56,863 bases of DNA from a bacterium (GTDB taxonomy: Bacteria > Bacteroidota > Ignavibacteria > UBA10030), in contig JAZDJN010000025.1 in NCBI GenBank assembly GCA_043803945.1, positions 1-56,863 on the forward strand, given 5' to 3'. Numbering within the stretch: the first letter of the stretch is position 1; every line of letters starts with the position of its first letter. The translations under genes and the position numbers were made by a program. Shown piece after piece: positions 37,666 to 47,904 of the stretch. The notes under the pieces are model-generated. The model was not told where the DNA came from. It worked only from the letters and a program-made list of their open reading frames with translations, and did no database searches.

Positions 37666-40041
37666 ATGAGAAAACGAATAACCCTGTTGACCCTTTTATT
37701 GAACATAGGCATGATAGTCGATGCTTTTGCTCAACAACTGCCACTCGTCTATACTGTTGAGAACACGGGCATGGACTATCCTAAACCACCTTTCCCATCA
37801 TTTAATCAACTCCCTACCATTCAGGCCTTACCCGACCCGTTTAATTGGGCCGATGGTAGAGGCCGCATTTCGAACTTCTCCGATTGGCAGTACCGGCGTG
37901 CTGAGATCGGCGCTCAGATCCAAAATTATGAGATTGGTGAAAAGCCGGTTCGTCCGAGCACCATACAGGCAAGTTATTCCGGGGTCGAACTCACAGTAAA
38001 TGTTACTGCGAACGGCCAAACACTCACGCTGACTTGCACAGTTGTCCGCCCATCGGGAAGCGGCCCCTTCCCTGCGGTGATCGGTTTAGGTGGCTTCAGT
38101 GGCAGTGGTAGTCTCCCATCCTCCATCTTTAGCAGCCGAAATATTGCACAAATCATATTCAACCATAATCAGGTAACGACGTATGGCGGCCCGCAAAGTA
38201 CAGACCCCTACTACAAGCTTTATCCTTATCTTAACGCTGATAATACGGGGCAATACAGTGCATGGGCTTGGGGAGTCAGTCGTATAATCGACGGGTTGGA
38301 GATGGTTCAGAATGTTCTCCCCATAGATCTAAAGCACATAGCTGTCACCGGTTGCTCGTACGCTGGCAAAATGGCACTCTTTGCCGGAGCGTTTGACGAG
38401 CGTGTTGCGCTTACAATCGCCCAGGAGTCGGGTGGCGGTGGCGCCACGTCGTGGCGGTACTCGCACTCCGAACCTTCTGGTACCGTAGAAAAAATAGATA
38501 ATACAGATTATAATTGGTTTATGAATTCGATGAAACAATTTTCCGGCGACAATGTTTCGCGCCTCCCGGTTGATCATCATGAGTTAATGGCAATGTGTGC
38601 ACCCCGTGCATTGTACGTAACGGCAAACCCGGATTATCTATGGCTGTCAAATCCGTCGTCCTACGTCTGTAGTAGGGGTTGTCAGCAGGTCTATAATGCT
38701 TTAGGCATAGCCGATAGGTTCGGCTTTTCCATTGTCGGCGGACATGGGCACTGCCAGGTTCCAACTAACCAGATACCAGAAATTGAAGTCTTTGTGGATA
38801 AGTTCCTCCTTGGTAAGGATACCACGAATACGAACATCGCTACCACTCCGTATAATATCAACCTTTCCCCCTGGATTACGTGGACAACACCAACACTTTC
38901 CAACGGTACTTCTTTTATTGAATGGGCATCTTTAATCTATCCTACCAATCTTCAAAATGGTCTGGTTAAAACTATTACCTTCAAATGGAACAAAGTAAAA
39001 GATGCTGAAAAGTATTTTATCCAGTTATCGATGGACCCGACATTTACAAACGTTGTTATAAGTGATTCAACCACGACAGATACAGTAAAAACAATCACTA
39101 ACCTAATAGAAGGCAAAGTATACTATTGGCGTGTTCAAGTAAAAAATACTTCTGGATCTTCAGGTCCATGGAGCGAAACATGGAACTTCACCACATTTAT
39201 ACCTTTACCAACTGCCCCGCAATTAGTGGCTGCCACTCCATATCCAAATCGAGAAGGCTGGATTACATTTAAGTGGAAGAAAGTAAAAAACGCTGATCAA
39301 TATTCGATCCAACTATCTGACTCGCAAAGCTTCGCTACTGTAATGTTCGAATCTACATCATCAGATACCGTCAAAACTCTAACCGGGTTTTACGAAGGAC
39401 AAAAGTACTGCTGGCGAGTTCAGGCAAAGAATGTTGCGGGCTCCAGTCCCTGGAGCGATGTATCGAATTTTACCATACTCTATGCACCGACGGATCTTGT
39501 GTTACGAAGAAGTGGTGTAAAAGAAATCACTCTTACCTGGAATGATCACTCAACAGTTGAAAATGGATATGTGATTGAACGTAAGCAGAGTCAGCAAACA
39601 TCTTTTACAGTACTCGATACGTTAAAAGGAAGCGGGAATGAATATGTAGATAAAAAAGTAGAACAAGCTCAAACCTATACCTATAGAACAAAAGCGTATA
39701 CAAAATTCGCGGAATCAGACTATAGCAATGAGGCTTCTTTATTTGTAGTCGTAGGTGTTAAAGAAGAAGAAGAAATACCAACAGAGTATTCAATACGTCA
39801 GAACTATCCCAACCCATTCAACCCCAGCACGAGAATTCAATTTGCACTTCCTACAGAATGTACTGTATCACTTAAAATATTCAACCTCTTAGGAAAGGAA
39901 GTTGCAGATATTGTATCACAGGAATTAAATGCAGGCTACTATAGTATTGAATGGAAAGCATCGGTTCCAAGTGGAATCTACTATTATAGATTACAAGCAG
40001 GAGGTTTCATTGATACGAAGAAGATGATACTACTCAGGTAG
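37666..40041 (+). CDS. CE15 glucuronoyl-esterase-family protein with FN3 repeats and T9SS-type CTD
   Basis: LPDPF, AWAWGVSRIIDGL, TGCSYAGK, QESGGGG, LPVDHHEL..APR; YYWRV repeats; QNYPNPFNPST. Confidence 0.9.
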   Translation: MRKRITLLTLLLNIGMIVDAFAQQLPLVYTVENTGMDYPKPPFPSFNQLPTIQALPDPFNWADGRGRISNFSDWQYRRAEIGAQIQNYEIGEKPVRPSTIQASYSGVELTVNVTANGQTLTLTCTVVRPSGSGPFPAVIGLGGFSGSGSLPSSIFSSRNIAQIIFNHNQVTTYGGPQSTDPYYKLYPYLNADNTGQYSAWAWGVSRIIDGLEMVQNVLPIDLKHIAVTGCSYAGKMALFAGAFDERVALTIAQESGGGGATSWRYSHSEPSGTVEKIDNTDYNWFMNSMKQFSGDNVSRLPVDHHELMAMCAPRALYVTANPDYLWLSNPSSYVCSRGCQQVYNALGIADRFGFSIVGGHGHCQVPTNQIPEIEVFVDKFLLGKDTTNTNIATTPYNINLSPWITWTTPTLSNGTSFIEWASLIYPTNLQNGLVKTITFKWNKVKDAEKYFIQLSMDPTFTNVVISDSTTTDTVKTITNLIEGKVYYWRVQVKNTSGSSGPWSETWNFTTFIPLPTAPQLVAATPYPNREGWITFKWKKVKNADQYSIQLSDSQSFATVMFESTSSDTVKTLTGFYEGQKYCWRVQAKNVAGSSPWSDVSNFTILYAPTDLVLRRSGVKEITLTWNDHSTVENGYVIERKQSQQTSFTVLDTLKGSGNEYVDKKVEQAQTYTYRTKAYTKFAESDYSNEASLFVVVGVKEEEEIPTEYSIRQNYPNPFNPSTRIQFALPTECTVSLKIFNLLGKEVADIVSQELNAGYYSIEWKASVPSGIYYYRLQAGGFIDTKKMILLR

Positions 40042-40532
40042 AATTATTCTGTGAGAATTGGCTCTGGAAGTTTGATTACTATGATAAGAAACTGCAATAC
40101 TTCGGTCGCGATGTGCATGTACTGACGGTGATGCATGCAGAGGATTATTAGGATTCGGGTTAGAATTAAGAAATGGACAGGGTTGCCAGAAGTTGATATC
40201 AGTTTGCATTCCCTGATGAACTTTGCTATGTTTGACTCAATACATATTGCCATGCGAATCTAGACGATCGTGATGGCGTGAAGAGAAGAAGAACCTCTGG
40301 ATTCGCATTGTGCGAAGAAAGAGGTTTTTGCGATTATATACCCTAGTAATTATCACCGACAATTATTCATTAGATAGCCAATGCTTGATAAAGGAAAAAC
40401 TAACTTGCCATCGGTACAATGACAGGGGGGCACCTCGGTTGTATTCGAATTCCCCGTTGTGGGTAATTTTGAGATGGCCACCACTTTTAGAAGACCTCGA
40501 ACAATTGTAACTCCTCATCCAAGGGAGATAGT

Positions 40533-43379
40533 ATGAAACCATTCACTGTATTTTCATTGCTGTTTTTAATAGCAGCGCAGCTTCCTGCCCAGACCACAGA
40601 TCCAATACTTATGCTTAACACGGAGATGCACACATCCAAGATCAATCGTATTGCGACGGATCCGATGGGAAAATATATCTTAACTTGCTCTTTTGATAAG
40701 ACCGCCAAACTTTGGGATGCCGCTACAGGATCACTTCTCCATACATATCGTGTACCAATCGATCTGGGGAATGAAGGGATGCTCTATGCATGTACACTCT
40801 CACCCAATGCAAAAATAATAGCCGTCGGCGGATGGACAAAGTATCGATGGGAAAGTAAATATTCAATTTATCTCTTCAATATCTTTACAGGTGAGATAAT
40901 TGGTAGTCTTAAAGAATTATCAAATGTAATTTTTGATCTTGAGTTCTCTCCTGATGGTAAATATTTAGCTGCAGCCTTAGCTTCTGAGGGAGTACGCATT
41001 TTCAATACTCAGTCATGGGAACTTGAACACTCACTAACAGGGTATTCGGGTATATGTTACAATATTTCTTTTAATGCGAAGGGCTGCATGGCTTCTGTAT
41101 GCAATGATGGTACAGTGAGACTTTATAACTCATCATTTGAATTGATAAAAGAGATGCAAACCAAAGTGGGGGAAAAACCGTATTCGCTTGCATTTTCTCC
41201 CGATGGAAGTAAATTAGCGGTGGGCTATGATGATTCTCCAACGATTCAGGTTCTGGATGGCTATGACCTTGATTTGTTGTATGAACCAGATATTACAGGA
41301 GCAAAATCATTGGGGAATCACTTTATTCAAGTTTGTTGGTCATTTGATGGTCAATACTTGATTGCAGGTGGATATAATTCGATCTACAAGAATCAGAAAT
41401 CGTGGAAGCAGATAAGAATATGGAATGATAAGGGAAGAGGAAGCTATTCAGATTATAGTGCCTGCGATAATTCATTGATGGACAGTAAACCCATGCCTGA
41501 CAATTCAATTCTTTACTGTGGCTCTCAACCAGATTTTGGAAGGATGACTTTCACCGGGAATTTGGTATTCTATAAATCAGGAGAGACCAATACCTATAGT
41601 GCAAGAGACAAGTCTTATCTGAAAATCAACAAAGATGGAAGTGTCTTGGGTTTTACTCCATCTGGAAAAGCTGCCTTGACATTTGATCTTCGTAATAGAT
41701 TATTGACGAGGGAAAAAGCTGAATATCCTTCATATACCGATAGCACATCTGCTATCGCTGTTACAGATTGGGATGAATCTCACTCTCCCAAAATCAATGG
41801 AAAAGTTCTGAGCATATTGAGTAATAACGAGCGGTCCTATAGTACAGATATTGACGCTAACACTTGTAGAGTTATCATTGGTGCCTCTTGGAATCTCTAT
41901 TGCATAGATGAAGATGGAAAGATTCATTGGAAAACTCCATCTCAAGCTTCAGTATGGGCAGTCAATATTTCCGGGAATGAAAAAGTCGTTGTGGCGGCTG
42001 TGGGGGATGGCACACTCAGATGGTATCGGATGAGTGATGGAACGCTCTTACTCTCACTCTTTGTCCATCCGGACGACCGGTGGGTTCTCTACACTCCCTC
42101 GGGATACTACGATGCATCCGCAGGTGGTGAGAACCTAATCGGGTGGCATCTGAATAATGGCATGGATAAGGCGGCGGATTTCTACTCGATCTCAAAGTTC
42201 CGTTCGTCATACTATCGCCCGGAAGTGATCTCACAGATTCTGAATACGTATGATGAAGCCAATGCGATCAAGCTTGCCGAGAGAGAGTCAGGTAAGTCGA
42301 AACAACCAACCAGCATTAAAATAATCCTGCCGCCAACGGTGAGAATCGTAAGCCCATTGGATGGGACAGAAATATCGAGTAAGCGGATTACGATCGGATA
42401 CACGGCCAAATCTGCGGGTGGAGAGAGCATCACGGGAATAAAAGCGCTCATCGATGGACGACCTGAATCGACACAGCGAGGTATGAAAATATCTGGAACG
42501 GGGGGTGAAGGGAGTATCACCGTTGCGATTCCGGAGAGAGATTGTGAAGTATCCTTGATTGCCGAGAACGTCAATGGATACAGCGAGCCGGCGAGGGTGA
42601 GCTTGAAATGGAGAGGGAAGGTTGAGAAGCTTGATATCCGACCGAAGCTGTATCTTCTCTCGATCGGTGTCAGTCAATATCAGGATCAAGAGTTGACGCT
42701 GGCACTGGCGTCGAAGGATGCATCGGATTTTGCCAATGCTCTGCGGAGGAATGGCTTGGTATTGTATCGGGATGTTGTCGTGAAGGTACTCACTGATGTG
42801 CAGGCAACCAAGGCGGAAATCCTGGATGGTTTGGAATGGATCCAGAAGGAGACCACCTCGAGGGATGTAGCGATGATCTTCTTTGCCGGACATGGGGTGA
42901 ATGATGCCTCGGGAATGTTCTACTATCTGCCGGTGGATGCGAACACTGAGAAGTTGAAGCGGAGTGCAATTCCAGCCTCAGAGTTTGTGAACACTGTTGG
43001 ATCGGTAGCGGGCAAAGTGCTTGTGTTTGCCGATGCGTGTCATTCAGGGAATATTATGGGAGGACGGCGGGGATCGCCGGATATCATATCGGTAGTGAAC
43101 GAACTATCGAGCGTGGAGAATGGAGCAGTGACGTTTACGTCATCGACGGGAAAACAATACTCGTTGGAGGATAAAAGTTGGGGGAACGGTGCGTTCACGA
43201 AGGCATTGGTGGAAGGATTGTCAGGAAAGGCGGATTATACGAAAACGGGAGTGATTACGGTGAAGGCACTTGATATGTATATCACAGAGAGGGTGAAGGA
43301 ACTAACGAAAGGGCGGCAGTCACCGACAACCGTAGTGCCGCCGAACACTCCTGACTTTCCGATTATCGTTATCAAATAG
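40533..43379 (+). CDS. Secreted WD40-repeat caspase-family (peptidase C14) protein
   Basis: Signal peptide, DKTAKLWD and FSPDG repeats, TPSGYYDAS, catalytic FFAGHG and DACHSG. Confidence 0.92.
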   Translation: MKPFTVFSLLFLIAAQLPAQTTDPILMLNTEMHTSKINRIATDPMGKYILTCSFDKTAKLWDAATGSLLHTYRVPIDLGNEGMLYACTLSPNAKIIAVGGWTKYRWESKYSIYLFNIFTGEIIGSLKELSNVIFDLEFSPDGKYLAAALASEGVRIFNTQSWELEHSLTGYSGICYNISFNAKGCMASVCNDGTVRLYNSSFELIKEMQTKVGEKPYSLAFSPDGSKLAVGYDDSPTIQVLDGYDLDLLYEPDITGAKSLGNHFIQVCWSFDGQYLIAGGYNSIYKNQKSWKQIRIWNDKGRGSYSDYSACDNSLMDSKPMPDNSILYCGSQPDFGRMTFTGNLVFYKSGETNTYSARDKSYLKINKDGSVLGFTPSGKAALTFDLRNRLLTREKAEYPSYTDSTSAIAVTDWDESHSPKINGKVLSILSNNERSYSTDIDANTCRVIIGASWNLYCIDEDGKIHWKTPSQASVWAVNISGNEKVVVAAVGDGTLRWYRMSDGTLLLSLFVHPDDRWVLYTPSGYYDASAGGENLIGWHLNNGMDKAADFYSISKFRSSYYRPEVISQILNTYDEANAIKLAERESGKSKQPTSIKIILPPTVRIVSPLDGTEISSKRITIGYTAKSAGGESITGIKALIDGRPESTQRGMKISGTGGEGSITVAIPERDCEVSLIAENVNGYSEPARVSLKWRGKVEKLDIRPKLYLLSIGVSQYQDQELTLALASKDASDFANALRRNGLVLYRDVVVKVLTDVQATKAEILDGLEWIQKETTSRDVAMIFFAGHGVNDASGMFYYLPVDANTEKLKRSAIPASEFVNTVGSVAGKVLVFADACHSGNIMGGRRGSPDIISVVNELSSVENGAVTFTSSTGKQYSLEDKSWGNGAFTKALVEGLSGKADYTKTGVITVKALDMYITERVKELTKGRQSPTTVVPPNTPDFPIIVIK

Positions 43380-43854
43380 GTGGTAGTCTATTCTCATAGT
43401 CATACACACGTATTTTCCCAATCATTTTCAGGTATTTGCCCGAGATCTATCCAGCCTATCATTGTTACTGACACATTTGTGTTATTGACTCTACTGGCAA
43501 ACATTTCTACCTTAATAACAATAGTCATACCTTCAGTACCGTGCTGGGGCATGCCGTGGGGAAGGATTATGTGTACTTCCAAAGGAGTAAACCAGGCAAC
43601 TCCTACAAACCTCCGGACACGCATAAATAGTTTACTGAAGCAGACCGATATTTAACTAGAAAGTTGGACGAAAAGTCCAACCACAAAGGACACTAAGGAT
43701 GCGAAGAATAAAAAGAAAAAAGAGTAATGGAAATTTAAATTAATTCAACAACTTTTCCTTTGTGTCCTTTTCGACCGGGTCTCTAGATCGGATTCAGTTA
43801 TTTCACGAATTATGTTACAATAATTGATACCCTCACACCCCTCGGGAGGGAACC

Positions 43855-45822
43855 ATGCGTATCACCTCTCAAGCCGTAGCGACATTTCTTATTCTACTAC
43901 TAAGTTGTTCATACCTCATAGCGCAGGATCGCGGCTTCCGCAATATCGTCAAAGACCCCGATACCGGCTCGGAACTCCGTGCCTATAACGAAAGCTGGGC
44001 GGTCATTATCGGCATCGATAAGTATCAGCATGTCCAACAATTGGATTACGCAGTTGCTGATGCCGTAGCGATCAAGAATCTTCTGTTAGAGACCTTCGGT
44101 TTCAAGCAGGAAAAGATTTTCCTTCTCACAGATAACAATGCAACCCGCACAAATATAATCAAAACACTAGGCGATCTGACACAAACTAAGGAAGAAGACC
44201 GTGTCCTTGTCTTCTTTGCCGGCCATGGTGAAACAGTGGATCAACCGATGGGCGGACAGATGGGGTACCTCATTCCGGTCGATGGAAAAGCATCTTCCTT
44301 CAGCGACCTCTCGGTCACGTCGATTCGCATGTCGGAAATCCGGGAGATATCGAATATTATTTCTGCAAAACATATGCTCTTCCTCGTTGACGCCTGCTAC
44401 GGCGGATTGGCTGCGACTGGTGCCCGTTCACTCACAAAAGAGATGAAAGGCTATATCAGGAAAGTTACCGCAGCACGTGCCCGGCAAATCCTGACTGCCG
44501 GAGGCCGAGGGGAACAGGTCATCGAAAAACCTGAATGGGGGCATAGTGCATTTACCTATCGGCTGCTCGATGGCTTGGGCAAAGGACTTGCCGATCTTGA
44601 TGAAAACAAGATCATCACCGGAAGAGAATTGGCAACCTATGTCGAATCCAAAGTCGCGCAAATGACGGAGAATCGCCAGCGCCCGCAATTTCGCTGCTTT
44701 ACAGAAGATGAAGGTGAGTTCCTGTTTATTCTTCCAATGGTGGCAACCGGATCACTTTCTCTCTCTTCTCAACCTAACGGGACAGAAGTTTTTCTTAATC
44801 GGCAACTCAAGGGCTCTACACCGATAGCAATCAGGGACTTAACTCCAGGACAGTATGAGATTATACTGAAGAAAGAGGGCTATCAAGATTTAACTCAGTC
44901 AATCAAAATTGAAGCAGGAGTTGAAGCCTCAATCACTCCGAAACTCATAAAGCTGAGCAAACTGAGAATCGAGTCCGATCCGCCAGGTTCTGATGTCTTT
45001 CTCGATGGTAATTACATTGGTAAGACACCGGTTCCTGATCAGAATGTTGCTCCCGGGATGATCAACGTGCGGGTAAAGAAAGATGGTTACGGAGAATGGA
45101 ATCGCAATTTTAGCATTGAACCAGAGAAAGATCTTCCACTCTCTATCAAACTTGAGAGCGATGCTGGCTTCCTTTCGATTTCTGTTTCACCTCCTGATGT
45201 AGAAGTGTATATCGATGGAAAGAAAGCCGGAGCGGGAGCACTTCAGAGTTTGAGACTTCCGACAGGGAGTCACGAAATTCAACTCAAACATCCATCGTAT
45301 GCTGGTGCACTAAGTGAAAAAGTATCAATACAACCCTCAATGGAATCGAGAGTTGAAGGAAGGTTTGGTGTCTTTACAATGACACCGGCGTTACGTTCTA
45401 TGCTCCTGCCAGGATTGGGACAGTTGATGAATGGCTCGACCTTGAAAGGTGTGCTCTGCCTTGCAGGTACTCTCGGCGGCGGTGTGTATTCATTGCTGAG
45501 TTACTCAGACTACACGAAGAAAACCGACACCTATACTGCATCGGTTGATGCTTACAATAAAGCCCAGACAGTAGCAGATGCAAATCGGTTGAGGCAGGAA
45601 ATGCAACAGCATTATGTTCAAGTGGATGATGCGAAGAAGAAGAAGACCATAAGCCTGGCGGTTTTAGCTGGAGCATATGTGGTGAACCTCCTCGATGCAT
45701 TGATCTTCGAATCGAATGGAGGAGAGATAAAGATTTTAGCTAAGGATGGCATTGTTAAGATACATCCCAATCTCACCATCGATGATGTCGGTATGCGTCT
45801 GGGAGTACAAGTGAGATTCTAA
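43855..45822 (+). CDS. Caspase-family protein with three PEGA domains and C-terminal membrane segment
   Basis: Signal peptide, AVIIGIDKY, FFAGHG, DACYGG; SQPNGTEVFLN, SDPPGSDVFLDG, SPPDVEVYIDG; SMLLPGLGQ. Confidence 0.92.
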   Translation: MRITSQAVATFLILLLSCSYLIAQDRGFRNIVKDPDTGSELRAYNESWAVIIGIDKYQHVQQLDYAVADAVAIKNLLLETFGFKQEKIFLLTDNNATRTNIIKTLGDLTQTKEEDRVLVFFAGHGETVDQPMGGQMGYLIPVDGKASSFSDLSVTSIRMSEIREISNIISAKHMLFLVDACYGGLAATGARSLTKEMKGYIRKVTAARARQILTAGGRGEQVIEKPEWGHSAFTYRLLDGLGKGLADLDENKIITGRELATYVESKVAQMTENRQRPQFRCFTEDEGEFLFILPMVATGSLSLSSQPNGTEVFLNRQLKGSTPIAIRDLTPGQYEIILKKEGYQDLTQSIKIEAGVEASITPKLIKLSKLRIESDPPGSDVFLDGNYIGKTPVPDQNVAPGMINVRVKKDGYGEWNRNFSIEPEKDLPLSIKLESDAGFLSISVSPPDVEVYIDGKKAGAGALQSLRLPTGSHEIQLKHPSYAGALSEKVSIQPSMESRVEGRFGVFTMTPALRSMLLPGLGQLMNGSTLKGVLCLAGTLGGGVYSLLSYSDYTKKTDTYTASVDAYNKAQTVADANRLRQEMQQHYVQVDDAKKKKTISLAVLAGAYVVNLLDALIFESNGGEIKILAKDGIVKIHPNLTIDDVGMRLGVQVRF

Positions 45823-46131
45823 CATAGTCGACAGGTGTAATATCAAAGTTCAAAATGAAAAGAGCAAAATGACAATGTATAGATAAAAATGGTACTGTGG
45901 AGAGACTGCTCTTGAATTGACAATATTATCATGATGAATTTATGATCCGTCAGGTGAATTCTTTCATATTTATTGGCGATGCACTGCAGTATGATGCAGA
46001 TCGCACTCTTGGAGTAACTGTCATTAACATTTTCAATTATCCTATGTTATTTTGATTTTTCATTTTTGATGTTTGCATTTCGATAAATGCTGGGCACTTA
46101 CTTGAAGTATAATGGTTGGAGGTATCATGAA

Positions 46132-46953
46132 ATGAAATCGAAAACCAATCTTATCGTCTTCTTCGTCGTGCTATTCACCTTTGCCTGTGATAAAGCTGTC
46201 ACCCCACCGGAGCAGGTACCACCCAACAAGTATGACACTGTATACGAGGGATTTGTTCCTCCTCAGATAACTATTCTGAATGGTCCCGCAAGTGGTTCAA
46301 CAATCAATTTTTCTGCCGTGACATTTATCTGGAAAGGCACAAAAAATGTGACTGAGTACTGGTATCAATTCGATTCAGATTTAGTTTCCGGATGGGTAAA
46401 GGATACTATTGTTACGAAAGATTTTCTCGATGAAGGCATTCATACCCTAAAGCTAAAATGCAGGATTAACAATCAAGTGGAGGAGCAAGCAATACAGACC
46501 TGCTCATTCACTGTGGATGCAGTAAAAGGTCCAGCGTTTATGTTCTTCCCTCGTAAGAAAACAGTAGCCATTGGGCAATCATTCTCTTATGAAATTAAGG
46601 CCGAAGAGGTAACTGGATTTATGGGATGCAAGCTTGTTGTTAAGTATGATCCAACAAAAATTCGAGTCGATAGCATACAAGCCGGGTCGTACATTCAGTC
46701 AAATGGAGCTTCCTATCTGGCATTTCCCTCGATAGTTGATCCTGTTGCAGGGAAGGCATCACTCGATCTTGTTCGGTTAGGAGGAAATCCGAAATCGCTC
46801 ACAGGCACCGGTACGATCGCTATTCTCTTTGGCTGTATGCAGTCGAATAGCCCGGTTGATATCACGTTTCTTAGTTCAGAGACTGTCTATAGGGATGTTG
46901 ATAATAAGACTGTGCAGGTATTGCTTGTCGATGGGAGAGTTGTGGGGCAATGA
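46132..46953 (+). CDS. Lipoprotein with Ig-like domain and C-terminal cohesin-like domain
   Basis: Lipobox LFTFAC; VAIGQSFSYEI..V.YDPTKI.V..I.AG..TGTGTIAI..DG.V. Confidence 0.75.
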   Translation: MKSKTNLIVFFVVLFTFACDKAVTPPEQVPPNKYDTVYEGFVPPQITILNGPASGSTINFSAVTFIWKGTKNVTEYWYQFDSDLVSGWVKDTIVTKDFLDEGIHTLKLKCRINNQVEEQAIQTCSFTVDAVKGPAFMFFPRKKTVAIGQSFSYEIKAEEVTGFMGCKLVVKYDPTKIRVDSIQAGSYIQSNGASYLAFPSIVDPVAGKASLDLVRLGGNPKSLTGTGTIAILFGCMQSNSPVDITFLSSETVYRDVDNKTVQVLLVDGRVVGQ

Positions 46954-47044
46954 AGTGGAGTGTGAATGAGTGTGAGGGGGAGAGAGGGAGAATGGGAGAT
47001 GAGGAGATTGAGGATTAACGATTTGAGTTTTTGAATAACTGTGA

Positions 47045-47389
47045 TTAGAGGCAGAAATGCTTCCTTAGATAGCCCTGGAGTAATTGAAGTACTTCAGGAC
47101 TCACTTCGCCGATGCGATGCATAAAACGGTGTTTATCAAATGAGGATATCTGTCTGGTCTTCAACACTGAATCATGGAGCAAACGGTTTCTTTCATCTTT
47201 GGAGAGCAAAATGTCATCTTGTCCTGGTTTCTCGACATTTGTTGAGATGGGCATAACAGTGACGAGTGGAGAGTTTTGGGTGATCTCGTTGGATTGGATT
47301 ACAAGAGCAGGTCGTACTTTCCGATACTCTTTGCCAATACTCGGATCGAAATTAACGAGGTAGATATTGCCGAAGAGTATTTCCATCAA
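47045..47389 (-). CDS. mazF: PemK/MazF-family toxin
   Basis: IYLVNFDPSIGKEYRKVRPALVIQ, VMPIST, QISSFDKHRF. Confidence 0.9.
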   Translation of the reverse strand: MMEILFGNIYLVNFDPSIGKEYRKVRPALVIQSNEITQNSPLVTVMPISTNVEKPGQDDILLSKDERNRLLHDSVLKTRQISSFDKHRFMHRIGEVSPEVLQLLQGYLRKHFCL

Positions 47390-47598
47390 GATAATGAGAG
47401 GTAATAAGAAAGCTCTTCTTGAGAGAGGAAATCGTCGTCTTGAAGATCTTCAAGAGCAGCAGCTTCAATTTCTTCTTTTGTCACATCATTACTTGTTGAG
47501 GTAAGCACTGTAACGAGCAATTGAGCGAACGGCTTCAAGTCAAGAGGCTCTTTCAGTTGGATATATTTTCCATCAAAATATGCTTGAGCAGTTTGCAT
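47386..47598 (-). CDS. Putative antitoxin (AF2212/DUF104-like)
   Basis: MQTAQAYFDGKYIQLKEPLDL, acidic tail, overlaps toxin start by 4 nt. Confidence 0.7.
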   Translation of the reverse strand: MQTAQAYFDGKYIQLKEPLDLKPFAQLLVTVLTSTSNDVTKEEIEAAALEDLQDDDFLSQEELSYYLSLS

Positions 47599-47904
47599 GA
47601 TGCCACCTTTGCATGGGAAGAAAGTTTCGCATAGCATTATCTTGTTATAAAGATAGTTATTACCTGAAAAGAAATCAAATAGGTAGATTGAGGAAAGAGG
47701 GGGACAGTGAGAAAAAACATGAGAAGAAAGAAGGTAGACGAAAGAAGGAAACCCGAATGATCCTCAAGTGCTTCTATTCAGGATCTGCGATGAAGTTGGA
47801 AACTGAGAGGGCAAAAATGACGATCCGCAGAGATCGGAAAATCTCCGAAAGAGATTCAGACGACAATATTTCAACGCCTTGGAATTAACAGAGGTGATGA
47901 TACC

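Noticed and set aside
43380-43655. Short ORFs on both strands between the caspases
   Set aside because: No motifs or RBS; treated as intergenic or remnant DNA
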